From assembly GCA_016711505.1 (NCBI GenBank), contig JADJSV010000002.1, forward strand, positions 442,839-506,838: a DNA stretch of 64,000 bases, given 5' to 3'. Below, piece by piece: positions 56,901 to 63,553 of the stretch (positions are counted from its first letter, which is position 1; each line of letters begins with the position of its first letter). The notes under the pieces were generated by a model. That model ran no database searches, had not been told where the DNA came from, and worked only from the letters and a program-made list of their open reading frames with translations. The position numbers and the translations under genes were made by a program. The stretch is from Bacteroidota bacterium. GTDB taxonomy: Bacteria > Bacteroidota > Bacteroidia > AKYH767-A > 2013-40CM-41-45.

Positions 56901-58242
56901 CGACACCACCTACAACAGCAAAGTCAGCTCCTGAATTAATATTGAAAGTTCCGTAATTGTTGAATTGAACACTTGCTCCGAAAGCAAGACTTCCTGTAAC
57001 ACTACTTGTTAAATTACATGTTCCGTAGTTATTAATTGTTCTTCCGTCATTGATGATTTTTGTTCCAACACCGCCTAATACAAATGTTCCACCCGGTTTA
57101 ATAGTTGTAGTTCCGGTTCCCCGCATATTTCCATTCGTCCATGTTAACGTTGCGCCGGTATTGATTTCAATTTCGCCATCACCTTCAATAAAACTTCCTG
57201 AGAATGTCATTGTGCCCATTACAAACAGATCTGTAGATGGATGATTCATCACTTGAAGTGTACCACTTGAAACAATCAATGATCCGCCTGCATCCACCTG
57301 TGTCTGATCAATGGTTACAACTGAATTCACGGTTACAGTATGACCGTTTCTGATACTTATACTAGAATCAGTAGATGTTGGTGCAGTGACTGCCGGTACC
57401 CAACAAGAGCCGTATTGAGTTTCCCATATTGCCGGGTCGCTCCAGTTTCCTGAAGTAATTGTCCGATAAATATTTGTTGGCTGAAATACAATAGAATTTA
57501 CCCAATTGGATGTGGTGCCATTTAAAGCAAAACCTCCCAGAACACCATTACGTGAATTGCCACTATAATCAGTTAATACAGTGGTTGAAGGATTTGATCC
57601 GTTTGGAATTCCATGATTAAAATGATAAAGAGCTGCAAGGCCTGTTTGTGCATTCAGTTCACAATCCTTGTTATTCATTATTTCAGATTGTGTCCTTGCA
57701 ATGTTCCAAATTCTGACTTCATCAATCGTTTCAATCGAGTAACCTTGAAGACTTCCGTTGATTATACCAGCTCCAATTGCTGAACCGGAAATTGTGGAAG
57801 ATGGATTTCTTGTACTTGTGCCGCTTCCATCAGGAATACCATCAACATAAAATGTTACTGATGTGCCCGATTTAACAACAGCAATGTGATGCCATGTGTT
57901 ATTACTTATAATGGTATTACCATCAAGTTGATCGACACCGCCGCTGCCTCCGACAGAAAGGCGGAGTGTTCCAAGATTTAAACCCAGATAAGCATGTCCA
58001 TTTAAAACAGTACTTTCCCAGATAAATAACTTGGCATTCGGGTCACTTGTTTTTATCCAACCTTCGATTGTAAATGTACCCGTATAAGGAACAGAAGGTG
58101 TGATGTCAACATAGTCGTCGTTGCCATCAAAGTTCAGAGCATTCGCTGTCTGGGCGAATAATTTATCCGTTGTGCCGAATAAATTAATAGAAATTAAGGC
58201 CATAACTAAGATGGCCCGCTTGAGTGGTGTGGGTGTTTTCAT
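47806..58242 (-). CDS. Giant gene 2, intact 3478-codon ORF
   Basis: Signal MKTPTPLKRAILVMALISINLFGTTDKLFAQ, LamG, two W-rich/beta-helix modules, HYR-like segment (..VTTVTWTATDAFNNSTTCTQDVTV..), DADGDGFGN/DCDDN..DDDCDG metal-binding-type repeats, S8 peptidase (GTSAAAPHAAGVAALL), MBG-like domains, NGKQAV arrays, SprB x5 and PKD-like repeats. Confidence 0.85.
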   Translation of the reverse strand: MKTPTPLKRAILVMALISINLFGTTDKLFAQTANALNFDGNDDYVDITPSVPYTGTFTIEGWIKTSDPNAKLFIWESTVLNGHAYLGLNLGTLRLSVGGSGGVDQLDGNTIISNNTWHHIAVVKSGTSVTFYVDGIPDGSGTSTRNPSSTISGSAIGAGIINGSLQGYSIETIDEVRIWNIARTQSEIMNNKDCELNAQTGLAALYHFNHGIPNGSNPSTTVLTDYSGNSRNGVLGGFALNGTTSNWVNSIVFQPTNIYRTITSGNWSDPAIWETQYGSCWVPAVTAPTSTDSSISIRNGHTVTVNSVVTIDQTQVDAGGSLIVSSGTLQVMNHPSTDLFVMGTMTFSGSFIEGDGEIEINTGATLTWTNGNMRGTGTTTIKPGGTFVLGGVGTKIINDGRTINNYGTCNLTSSVTGSLAFGASVQFNNYGTFNINSGADFAVVGGVVAPAFNNMVGGIVNKNDVDTTSLTSPNRLNNYGTFNVNAGIFTLNSSVGVHSGIYNVTSQGRLNGTGNMNFTGSTFTNNGEVSMSAISFSGTALQTIAGNGSFSNVTFNNASGFTLTDSPLLKTSVSWTNGILTCAGRVILSDGITQTSTANCWVNGIIEYIIGSGLISRVATFEIGDATSKAKMQLSFPAISGPGSIIARTVAGDDVNISTAGMNPAKTVNRTWSVTNNGTSFTSYQSTLNWNAADEDAGVNYNNYNVSLYSNGSWFTQSILSRSSNSIQSNGGQIALGEFQIGEPCDPTGDYRSVTSGDWGNPLTWEEYNGCSWIPAVSAPSASSNVITIRNGNNVNINGSTTIDQTTVESGGTLTVNSGTLVINNGTGPDLTIEGSISWSNAATLDVNSGAEVNGSASFFYSGSTLINNGSLNTSQFITGTGSVTINGNGIISTFIPFSFSPSLVTITGTQTITDQLSFNYGIVRAQGSGKIVIANGASIYNGTATTYVDGNLEIYYQSSLGLTYPIGDTTSYLPVTLSAFITSPGGIIVRTDGADHSLIGSSGIDPNKSVNRTWTISSSGAATNQYYLDVQWGATEIDQAANPSNLIARMWTGQAWEIVDVLASSATTATLHYTGTSLGAIQIGISSCIPADVPVVINQTSNCPGDSITLSIDSGDLNDFADWQWYEGSCGGTYLSVGSSITVAPTATTYYYVRAEEGCVAPGACAEAVVTVQNSAPVFTTCPVPFTVCQNDASGACNVEFYPATVITGVPVDYADRGISYNNVSINGGGNSAVVTGGSTVTLGYDVSVFFDSQTGYCPGCVVQSYIGIGGTSQTIQCEANIYSGYSASYSSITFTAPTIPGIYYLSQQGTLDYFCQPNRNFENEASMAIGVIVVGPTFPTVSSLCSNVTLTNDAPTCLPIGVTTVTWTATDAFNNSTTCTQDVTVIPGVAYYRDADGDGFGNPNNVKYSCSFVPGGYNSDSTDCNDSLLTYADLDNDGIGSGILIACGSVTTNTDCNDNDTTQNVTYTYYADVDGDGFGNFYNSTQSCSNTPPSGFVTDNNDCNDYQFMYDALDGDGYGAGPAVACGNGSNDLDCDDNHIDINPDAIEVLNGVDDDCDGLVDEGFACNLELTTSAGDTLFVCAESGLTSGSVNLVPLNGTAPYTYSGDDTTNLVTGSYFYNVTDAVGCTASFELKVFVTNCIIPYYEPPTNDTIDNLIGAELTQLYSYPDSLVDTTATNNIFLIDDNQGEVLIEVISNIGQYNTLLALLQTPAYGMNSIIDNGDTTLIITGMFPIANLPKLDSLPILINYVRPYYSPISSAFATTGLTTSQGDSAQMSHKAKQAWKVSGDGVKVGVLSDSYNTKFGSPTPAERDVQNGDLPGAANPNFNTDVIVSEEYPYGTGTDEGRAMLQIVHDVAPNAELMFRSGFISAGNFADGIKSLRDSGCKVIVDDITYITEPFFRDGVIAQAVEDVSASGVNYFTSAGNFGIKSYEGVFTPMVAPAGYAGAAHDFGGGDFYQSITLPKGTYTIALQWNDDFYSIGEIVGAQNDLDIFLVDQFGARLFGFNRNNIDGDPLEILPFVVKATSQANIIITRKSGVGNVRFKYVIFRGEGVINEYNQGTGTVIGQANAESAMSIGAVLYKNTPVYGVNPPTVASFSSRGGVLIDGIDRQKPDFCAPNGGNTTVNFGGENIDNDLFPNFFGTSAAAPHAAGVAALLIEAKEKYYAGETFNGAQMKALLKSTAINMDGAGYDAATGAGFIQADAALQTFANPFPIIDDYHLADSAFTPGLQPITLVINGEYIAPDASVIFQYDTLPATVIGNQITVDLPEFLGNPPLVVYNPPIAPSGLDGGASDSIYLLSTIPQNVKVTINSVNKKYGEVIPAYSFDVTINDVPLASTGQTLATLGLTDITFSSNATNLSDIGQYFRRGHSAVTDLSNPLSLTLSELFNYQFIDGVLTIERMPITVTPNDMTLVYGEAINGKEIQFDYDYNTANIDPSDQLVFLDSLSTEHQSTMSSSVVLIDGKQAVNGVTLTPADFLNMSFMVSGKAAVNGKQAVNGKQAVNSIVYDTTYYIPVNPASIFDYHVDSSNAVLYNGKQAVNGKAAVNGKQAVNGKAAVNGKQAVNGKQAVNGKQAVNSNTFNEESNENAVLIVDSLDVYDDPNDSVTIAGFTSMNMISGYTVGTWLIAPGVLMSENFDISYGLGNLTILPETLTVKANDNTAGCNGIQPAYTFTNSIYQYEDADSNVIASGPTFTILDNMNVNVGSGNLAGGTYQIVPSDLVQADTPANYILVYEPGVLTVGNELTANSTAGIILCNKDHADITVTATGGTAPYTGTGTFNEGAGTYTYNITDANGCTATTTITLTEPTEVEPTASATPVLCYGDYTQITISATGGTPPYSGTGTFTVMAGSFNTTVTDANGCSGNTSITITEPMMLVASATATPISCNGGTSEVTVTATGGTGPYTGTGTFTVNAGAYSFTVTDANGCSTVATGIVMAPSALSATANGSIACYGGTTSVTVTAIGGTSPYTGTGTFTNVTAGNYNYTVSDANGCSTSASINLVEPAPISSSISTVNTTCNLSNGTATATVINGAAPFTYLWSPGGQTTSSITSQPEGNYSVAITDNNGCTGNASALITNTSSVPSEPTSITGPSGACKNQTGVVFSIALVAGATSYLWTVPAGATGSSTSTSITLSFGSTYTGGVLTVQAVNSCGASFASTVTLSQFTSAPRTPGPITGTQNICGPQVSTYSVAPVGNATSYIWSVLSIGGGTQAIILSGQGTNTVSISYPSGFIAGLISVRATNCMGSSGFRITYSLGVLIIPPIFTSAQTNSVCPGTTKTYQIFKFLNATSYTWEAPAGAVISDGFGLTGNPLTVDSAITKVYVTYPAGFNSGTLSVYASNACGDGPTTTLNISSSIPGTPGAINGPTVNLCKKTGQTYSISAVPNATSYTWTLPSGATFSGSSTGTSVKVNYGNSFTSTGTITVRANGTCGSSPVSSLVVSPAPATWEVFPAIRPFANPIRMLHIVFLL
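50497..50625. repeat. Seven tandem 18-bp units encoding NGK(Q/A)AV inside giant gene 2
   Basis: Same length and position as 30728-30856 in gene 1. The protein reads YNGKQAVNGKAAVNGKQAVNGKAAVNGKQAVNGKQAVNGKQAVNS. A second cluster lies at about 50710-50840. Confidence 0.85.
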
Positions 58243-58531
58243 GTGTAAATTGTTGTGCTTGTGAAAATTAACAATTTTCTCAAATCTGGCAAAACTGGTT
58301 TGAAAAAAGTTGATAAATTTTCGTCACTTGAAATGATGCATTTTTATTGGGTTTTTAGTGTAAAAACACAACTTTTCAAGATCTATAATATGAGTTAATT
58401 AAAAGTGTTGAAAATTTATTCTGCGAAATGGCGTCAGACGGAGTGTCAATATGACAAATTACATGGGTAAATGATGTAGGTCATTGGATTTAAATAGTGA
58501 TTATATGGATAGAATTAAGCCGCCACACACC

Positions 58532-59573
58532 TACATTTCTGATTCAAAGTAGATCTTGTAAAATTTCCGGCCATCCTTCTCAACACCCCTTTCAATCATG
58601 TCTTTATTGCCATGAATATAGATGTGAAAATTCTTGTCGAGCTTCAAAACACTTTTGAAAACTTTCGATTGCTTTTTAACCGCCGGTTTAGAAATTTCAA
58701 ACTGATCTTCGATCTCCAGATCATTGTCCTCTCTGTAACTGGTGTCATAACTTCTGAATGATTTGATGATCTCCGGCTCCTGAAAAACTTTTTTCTCGAA
58801 ATCTTTTTATCGAAGGAATCATTTTCTTTAAAATATTCGACGGAGCGGTTTAACAGATCGATCTGATCCGACTTGCTCACTTCGAAATCTTCTGAAAGTT
58901 GTTTGACGACAAAGTTTTTTGCAATGCCTAAAAATTCTTTCGTCATATGGAAATCATTGTTCACAGGTTTTACTTTCAGAAAATCATCTTTCCAGTATTG
59001 TGCTTCAAGTGATTTATTCAGATTGTCGACGATTGCAATTTTAAATCCTGTTGTCTCGTCTGTATTAAAGATCAGACAACCTTTATCAAGTTTATTTGTA
59101 TTGATGCCTTCTTCACTTGAAACATTGAAGATCTTGTTTTTCTGCTTGACCTTCAAAAATCTGTCTTTTGATTCTGATTTAAAAAGTCCAATGGCATCAA
59201 ATGATTCATCATCCAGAACGAGATCAGTAAAATAAGCTACATAAAATTCACCACTCTTTATTTTCGGATGCTCCGAACATTCATACAAATGCTTGGCAAT
59301 ATTTTTTCCTTGTCCGAAAAAATTACGCTTCTCTTTAAAGATCTTCGTGCAAAAACTGAAAAGTTCGTTCAGCTCAAGATCCGATTCATGATAAAATTCA
59401 AACAGTTCTTCGCCTTTAATTGATGACAAAAAATATTTCAACAAAGCCTCAATCGTAGCATCATCCGGTTGTTCCATAACAGATTCGGAAAACTCAATTC
59501 CTTCTTCGAGGGATTTATTTCCGACGTAGTGTACGGCGAGTTGGCGGATTTGGGTGTTGAGAGAATGAATCAT
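58532..59573 (-). pseudogene. Nucleoid-associated protein (NdpA/YejK-like, NA37 family), one frameshift
   Basis: MIHSLNTQIRQLAVHYVGNKSLEEGIEFSE... After ..ENDSFDKK the family-typical C-terminus is only in another frame: DFEKKVFQEPEIIKSFRSYDTSYREDNDLEIEDQFEISKPAVKKQSKVFKSVLKLDKNFHIYIHGNKDMIERGVEKDGRKFYKIYFESEM, ending at stop 58532-58534. Shift at T5 58804-58808. Confidence 0.65.
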
Positions 59574-59615
59574 ATAAAGTCATATTGATGGAGGCAAATA
59601 TAGACTTTATTAAAC

Positions 59616-60077
59616 TCAATTATTTCTGGCGTTTTGCTTTATCCAGTTAAAGATCATTTCGATCTGGCAAGGATCCAGATTTCCAGTAGGAGGCATTGGC
59701 TGGGTAGTTGATTTCATTTGTATATAAAGGATGCTGAATTTAGGATTAATCGTGTCTATATATCCTTTGCCTGGTTTCATCAGTTCTGTATAAGCTTCAA
59801 GAGGTTCCAGATTTAAGCCACCTTCGGGACTTGTGCCTGAATGGCAACCTGATGTATTGCAATAATTATTGAACAAGGGAATGATGTCATTATTGAATGA
59901 TATGGAATCATTTGACTGATCATTACATGGGGACAAATTCAGGTTGTCATATGTACATGAATTGAGTATAAGAAGAAAAAAAACAATCAAGCAAGTTGAG
60001 AAAGTAATAAAATTGATTTCAGCCCCGATCCGTTTTGGCCGGGAAAATAAGATGAATTTATTTTGTTTGTTTCTCAT
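59616..60077 (-). CDS. Lipoprotein with cytochrome-c-like (PSCyt1-like) domain carrying a C-x4-CH motif
   Basis: Lipobox ..FFLLILNSC. ..FNNYCNTSGCHSGTSPEGGLNLEPLEAY.. resembles the Planctomycete-type cytochrome c domain (C..CH....GGL.L) but has four residues between the cysteines. Confidence 0.5.
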   Translation of the reverse strand: MRNKQNKFILFSRPKRIGAEINFITFSTCLIVFFLLILNSCTYDNLNLSPCNDQSNDSISFNNDIIPLFNNYCNTSGCHSGTSPEGGLNLEPLEAYTELMKPGKGYIDTINPKFSILYIQMKSTTQPMPPTGNLDPCQIEMIFNWIKQNARNN

Positions 60078-60088
60078 TTAAATGGAAT

Positions 60089-60122
60089 AAAAAACTACCT
60101 GCTGCAATTTAGCAGCAGGTAG
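60089..60122 (-). terminator. Rho-independent terminator after the BNR-repeat gene
   Basis: CTACCTGCTGC (60095-60105) pairs with GCAGCAGGTAG (60112-60122). A6 at 60089-60094 gives a T-run after the stem on the minus strand. Confidence 0.65.
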
Positions 60123-60139
60123 TAGAATCAAAACATTTT

Positions 60140-62281
60140 TTATTGAATGATTATTTTTTGAGTTTGTACGCCATTGTTTGTAGTAATTCTCATGAAATAG
60201 ACACCTTCCGCTACATTTAATTCAATCTCATTTTTTGAAATTTTATTAAACTGCTTGATGATCCTGCCTGCTTCGTCAAAAATATTTATCTCAAGAATAT
60301 TTTCGTTTTCATTCTTGAATTCTAGTTTGATTTTGCCGGCACTTGGATTTGGAGCTATCTGAATTGTGGCATAATTCTTATCCGGTCCATAAAGTCCTAC
60401 AGGAATCACAGGCAATTCTGAAAGCCCCTGTGAATACAAAGAATTGTTTGGAGTCGAAGTGAATATTCGTGTAGTAACAAATGAAAGTTTATTCAGATCA
60501 GCATAGCTGGGTACATTAAATTGTGTTCCGGCCTCTTCCCATGTCACTCCATTATCTGAACTTGCAACAACAGAACCTCTGATACTTGCAAAAACATATC
60601 CTGCATAAAATCCCATACTCTGAATTCTGGTTACATCAAGACCCATCAATGCAATGAATGAATTTGAAATAGAAGAAGTAGCCGACCAGTTGATCGTCGT
60701 AGCATCAGAAACGAACACACCATTACCATCAGTTCCGGCGAAAACTTTATTTTGATCATTTAAAGAAACGGATGTTACATTTAAATTGCTCAAACCATTG
60801 TTGAATTGTGTCCAGACACCGCTTGATTCATTTCTGGTATAAATACCATCACCATATGTTCCTAATAAAATGATGCCCTGATAGAAGATCATAGAAGTTG
60901 GAACAACTCCACTTGGTAGTCCTGCCTGTACACTTACCCAACCTGTCATCATATCTGAACGATAAATTTCATTTGATGAATCAATAATGTAAATGTAATC
61001 TGAACTTGCAATTATTTTTTTAATGCTAAGATTTGATAAACTCATATTCATCGTCATCCATGTTGAACCTGTGTCATGACTCATAAATACTCCGTCGTTT
61101 TCTGTTGCTGCAACCAGTGTGTTTCCGAAAAATGTAACGTCGTTTACATGCAGACTATCGGTCAGGCCTGTATTTGCAGTTCTGTAACTTGTAGCAAGAT
61201 TATTACTTACAAAAACGCCTCTTTCAGTTGCTGCTACAATCAAAACAGTGTCTTTTGCTGCGAGAGAATAAGTGACAAGGTTGTTGAATCCGGTTGCAAC
61301 TTTTGTCCAATTGACTAATGAATCCGGAGTTTTGAACAAGCCTTCATTATTTGTTCCAACTACAAGCCTGTTCTGATTCGGATAAGGTACTATAGCTGTA
61401 ATATCCTGCGTCGTTAGTCCTGTACTTTCGCTTGTCCAAGTGATACTTCCCGTCGTAGAACTAAAAACACCTTGATTAGTTGCCAAGAACCATTTTGATC
61501 CATTATTGGAAATGGACCTGATCTGGATACCTGAGGGCAATCCTGTTTGTGATGCAACATAACTCGGAACTCCAGTTGTACTTGCAGACGCTAGTAAAAA
61601 CAGACCACCTGTATTGTTGATTAGTATTTCGTCAGTCAATGTATTGTATGAAATCGCTGTAGCATCAATGTGTTCTGTGTTAGCATCATTGAATTCATCC
61701 CATGTTAGAGCATTGTCATCCGATGACCATAACCCACCGTCGCATACTTGTATTATTCTTGAACCTGCATTTGCAAAACCTTTTACATCGAAATGATGAA
61801 GGTTTGTATTAACTGCTGTCCATGTCAAACCTTTGTCACTTGATTTGTATACACCATCACCCATTGTACCTGCAAGAATAGTTATCGAATCAATGGAGCA
61901 CAATGAGATTACTGAAATGGTATCTAATCCTGCATTCACCTTTTCCCAGTATCTATCATTCCCGACAAAACCAGTGAAACGGTAAACACCGCTATCACTT
62001 GCAGCAAACAAATAGCTGCCTGTATGAGTTAGTGCATTGATCTTTCCACTCTTTAAGCCCACTGGGCGAGGAGTCCATGCTGCCAATAATGTATTGGCAC
62101 TTTGATAAACACCACCCGTAAGTGTTCCGACGTAAACGACAGTGTCATTTACAATAGCGCAATTCACTGTGCCGCCGAATGGGCCCTTTGATCCGAAGTG
62201 TGCTATTGAATTAGTTGCTGAAAAAATAATTGCGGTGGCGGTGATCAGAAATATTTTTATTTTGGATATTTTATTTTTCAT
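60140..62281 (-). CDS. BNR/Asp-box repeat beta-propeller protein with T9SS sorting tail
   Basis: Signal peptide. Asp-box-like motifs SSDKGLTWT, SSDDNALTWD, SHDTGSTWM, SSDNGVTWE. Tail ..IQIAPNPSAGKIKLEFKNE..GVYFMRITTNNGVQTQKIIIQ. Confidence 0.75.
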   Translation of the reverse strand: MKNKISKIKIFLITATAIIFSATNSIAHFGSKGPFGGTVNCAIVNDTVVYVGTLTGGVYQSANTLLAAWTPRPVGLKSGKINALTHTGSYLFAASDSGVYRFTGFVGNDRYWEKVNAGLDTISVISLCSIDSITILAGTMGDGVYKSSDKGLTWTAVNTNLHHFDVKGFANAGSRIIQVCDGGLWSSDDNALTWDEFNDANTEHIDATAISYNTLTDEILINNTGGLFLLASASTTGVPSYVASQTGLPSGIQIRSISNNGSKWFLATNQGVFSSTTGSITWTSESTGLTTQDITAIVPYPNQNRLVVGTNNEGLFKTPDSLVNWTKVATGFNNLVTYSLAAKDTVLIVAATERGVFVSNNLATSYRTANTGLTDSLHVNDVTFFGNTLVAATENDGVFMSHDTGSTWMTMNMSLSNLSIKKIIASSDYIYIIDSSNEIYRSDMMTGWVSVQAGLPSGVVPTSMIFYQGIILLGTYGDGIYTRNESSGVWTQFNNGLSNLNVTSVSLNDQNKVFAGTDGNGVFVSDATTINWSATSSISNSFIALMGLDVTRIQSMGFYAGYVFASIRGSVVASSDNGVTWEEAGTQFNVPSYADLNKLSFVTTRIFTSTPNNSLYSQGLSELPVIPVGLYGPDKNYATIQIAPNPSAGKIKLEFKNENENILEINIFDEAGRIIKQFNKISKNEIELNVAEGVYFMRITTNNGVQTQKIIIQ

Positions 62282-62346
62282 TTTTGAGTTTTAATTAAAA
62301 TTATTTTTTGTTCGACCAGATGAAGTCATTTATAAATTGGAAAAAT

Positions 62347-62715
62347 TTAACACGAAGGTGGCGGACGAAAAATGGAATTATTAAAGTCAATCGAAAACGT
62401 CCTGAGATATAGTGTTTCGATCTCATTGATCTCGACTAAGTAAAGTGTGTGTTTTTTGTGTATATCTGATGTGAAGGCCCATTCGATCTGGCTTTTCAGG
62501 TCCATGTTCTTTTCGGATTCTTTTTTTTCTTCTTTCTCAAATTGTTTTTTTAGGTAACAGTTTCCATGACATTTCAATTCCGGTTTATTTTTGTTTTCGC
62601 ATAAGTTTGTGGCGATATAATCGTTCTTCAGAAGAAATGAGGATATGATCACCAGATTCATCTGTGATTGGATAGTGAAAACAATTAAGAGAAAAATTCC
62701 AATGATCTTTTTCAA
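62347..62715 (-). CDS. Small Cys-rich membrane-anchored protein, unknown function
   Basis: 122 aa with a TTG start and an N-terminal hydrophobic segment. Cys cluster NLCENKNKPELKCHGNCYLKKQ, a Lys/Glu-rich linker and C-terminal ..FRPPPSC. Confidence 0.45.
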   Translation of the reverse strand: MKKIIGIFLLIVFTIQSQMNLVIISSFLLKNDYIATNLCENKNKPELKCHGNCYLKKQFEKEEKKESEKNMDLKSQIEWAFTSDIHKKHTLYLVEINEIETLYLRTFSIDFNNSIFRPPPSC

Positions 62716-62735
62716 GACTTTGACTGTAAGAGGGA

Positions 62736-63530
62736 TTACTCCGGTTTGAACATGTTTGGTATATTACTTACTAATCTGACAGCTATCGTTGAACTATTGT
62801 CTGCCGGTGTTGCAATAATAAGATTGCCGACATCATTAAGCTGAACACCTGAAAATAGTTCAGTGTAATCAGCAACCATGTGTGCAACAGCTGCCTGATC
62901 TTTAAGTATACTTACATTTATACCGGGAATTGTAACCTGAGCCAAATTTGCATTTGTTCCTATCTTGTAACTAAATGGCACTTGTGCTTCTGTCAGGCTT
63001 GATGATGTATCAATTGTTCCCTGGAAATTAAAGAAAACATAACCTTCAGGTTGCGCAGCTGGACCATACCACATGTCTGACCTGTTGAGTATAATAGAAT
63101 CCGGTGAGGAGGTTGGTTGCATTGCATTTGTAGCAGCATCAAGACCAATTTTAAATTTAACTGTTGTGTAGTTACCGACAGGAACATCGCCAATAGTATA
63201 GAGTACATTTTCAAAAGTCTTCAGGATTTTTTTACCGGAAAAACTATACACTGTACCATCTAATTTTACAAGTTGAATGTCGGTAATGTATAAATTTGCT
63301 TTGGTAATAGTAATTTCTCTTCCATTATCATCCGGATTGGAAAGGTTTGGGAGTTCTCCAATGTCAGTTGCATCAATATAATTGTGAAGGTGCAATAACA
63401 TTGTTCCTGTTTCGGTTATTACTATTGGCTCATCTGTTGCTTCCTTTTTCTTGCAAGAAGAAAGTGTCAAACTAAATGCTGCTATAAATAAAATTGCTAA
63501 TCGAGTAAAGAATTTGTTTTTTGATTTCAT
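62736..63530 (-). CDS. MbnP-like lipoprotein (putative metal-binding)
   Basis: Lipobox ..FSLTLSSC. ..ITKANLYITDIQLVKLDGTVY.., ..IGDVPVGNYTTVKFKIGLDAATN.. and ..DMWYGPAAQPEGYVFFNFQGT.. fit my recollection of MbnP-family conserved blocks. No HMM check was done. Confidence 0.5.
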   Translation of the reverse strand: MKSKNKFFTRLAILFIAAFSLTLSSCKKKEATDEPIVITETGTMLLHLHNYIDATDIGELPNLSNPDDNGREITITKANLYITDIQLVKLDGTVYSFSGKKILKTFENVLYTIGDVPVGNYTTVKFKIGLDAATNAMQPTSSPDSIILNRSDMWYGPAAQPEGYVFFNFQGTIDTSSSLTEAQVPFSYKIGTNANLAQVTIPGINVSILKDQAAVAHMVADYTELFSGVQLNDVGNLIIATPADNSSTIAVRLVSNIPNMFKPE

Positions 63531-63553
63531 TGTTGAATATTTTTTTAAAGAAA

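Larger units (their letters stand above)
47327..58242 (-). pseudogene. Giant T9SS cargo gene 2 (about 3640 codons if rejoined), paralogue of gene 1; one frameshift near the 3' end
   Basis: ORFs 47806-58242 and 47327-47929 overlap and join as ..VVSPAPAT|LGSISGNSAVCKSNTNVTYSISSVTGATSYSW.. (GG 47878-47879). This continues the PKD-like repeat series into the tail ..FSVYPNPAASNINVEFD..GVYILLLERDGAIVKTQTVVIEKN. Confidence 0.8.

Noticed and set aside
27821-58242. Mobile-element origin of the giant-gene duplication (IS, transposase, integrase, phage genes).
   Set aside because: No ORF in or around the island resembles a transposase, integrase or phage protein, and no terminal inverted repeats bracket the copies. 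Tandem duplication with gene conversion is sufficient.
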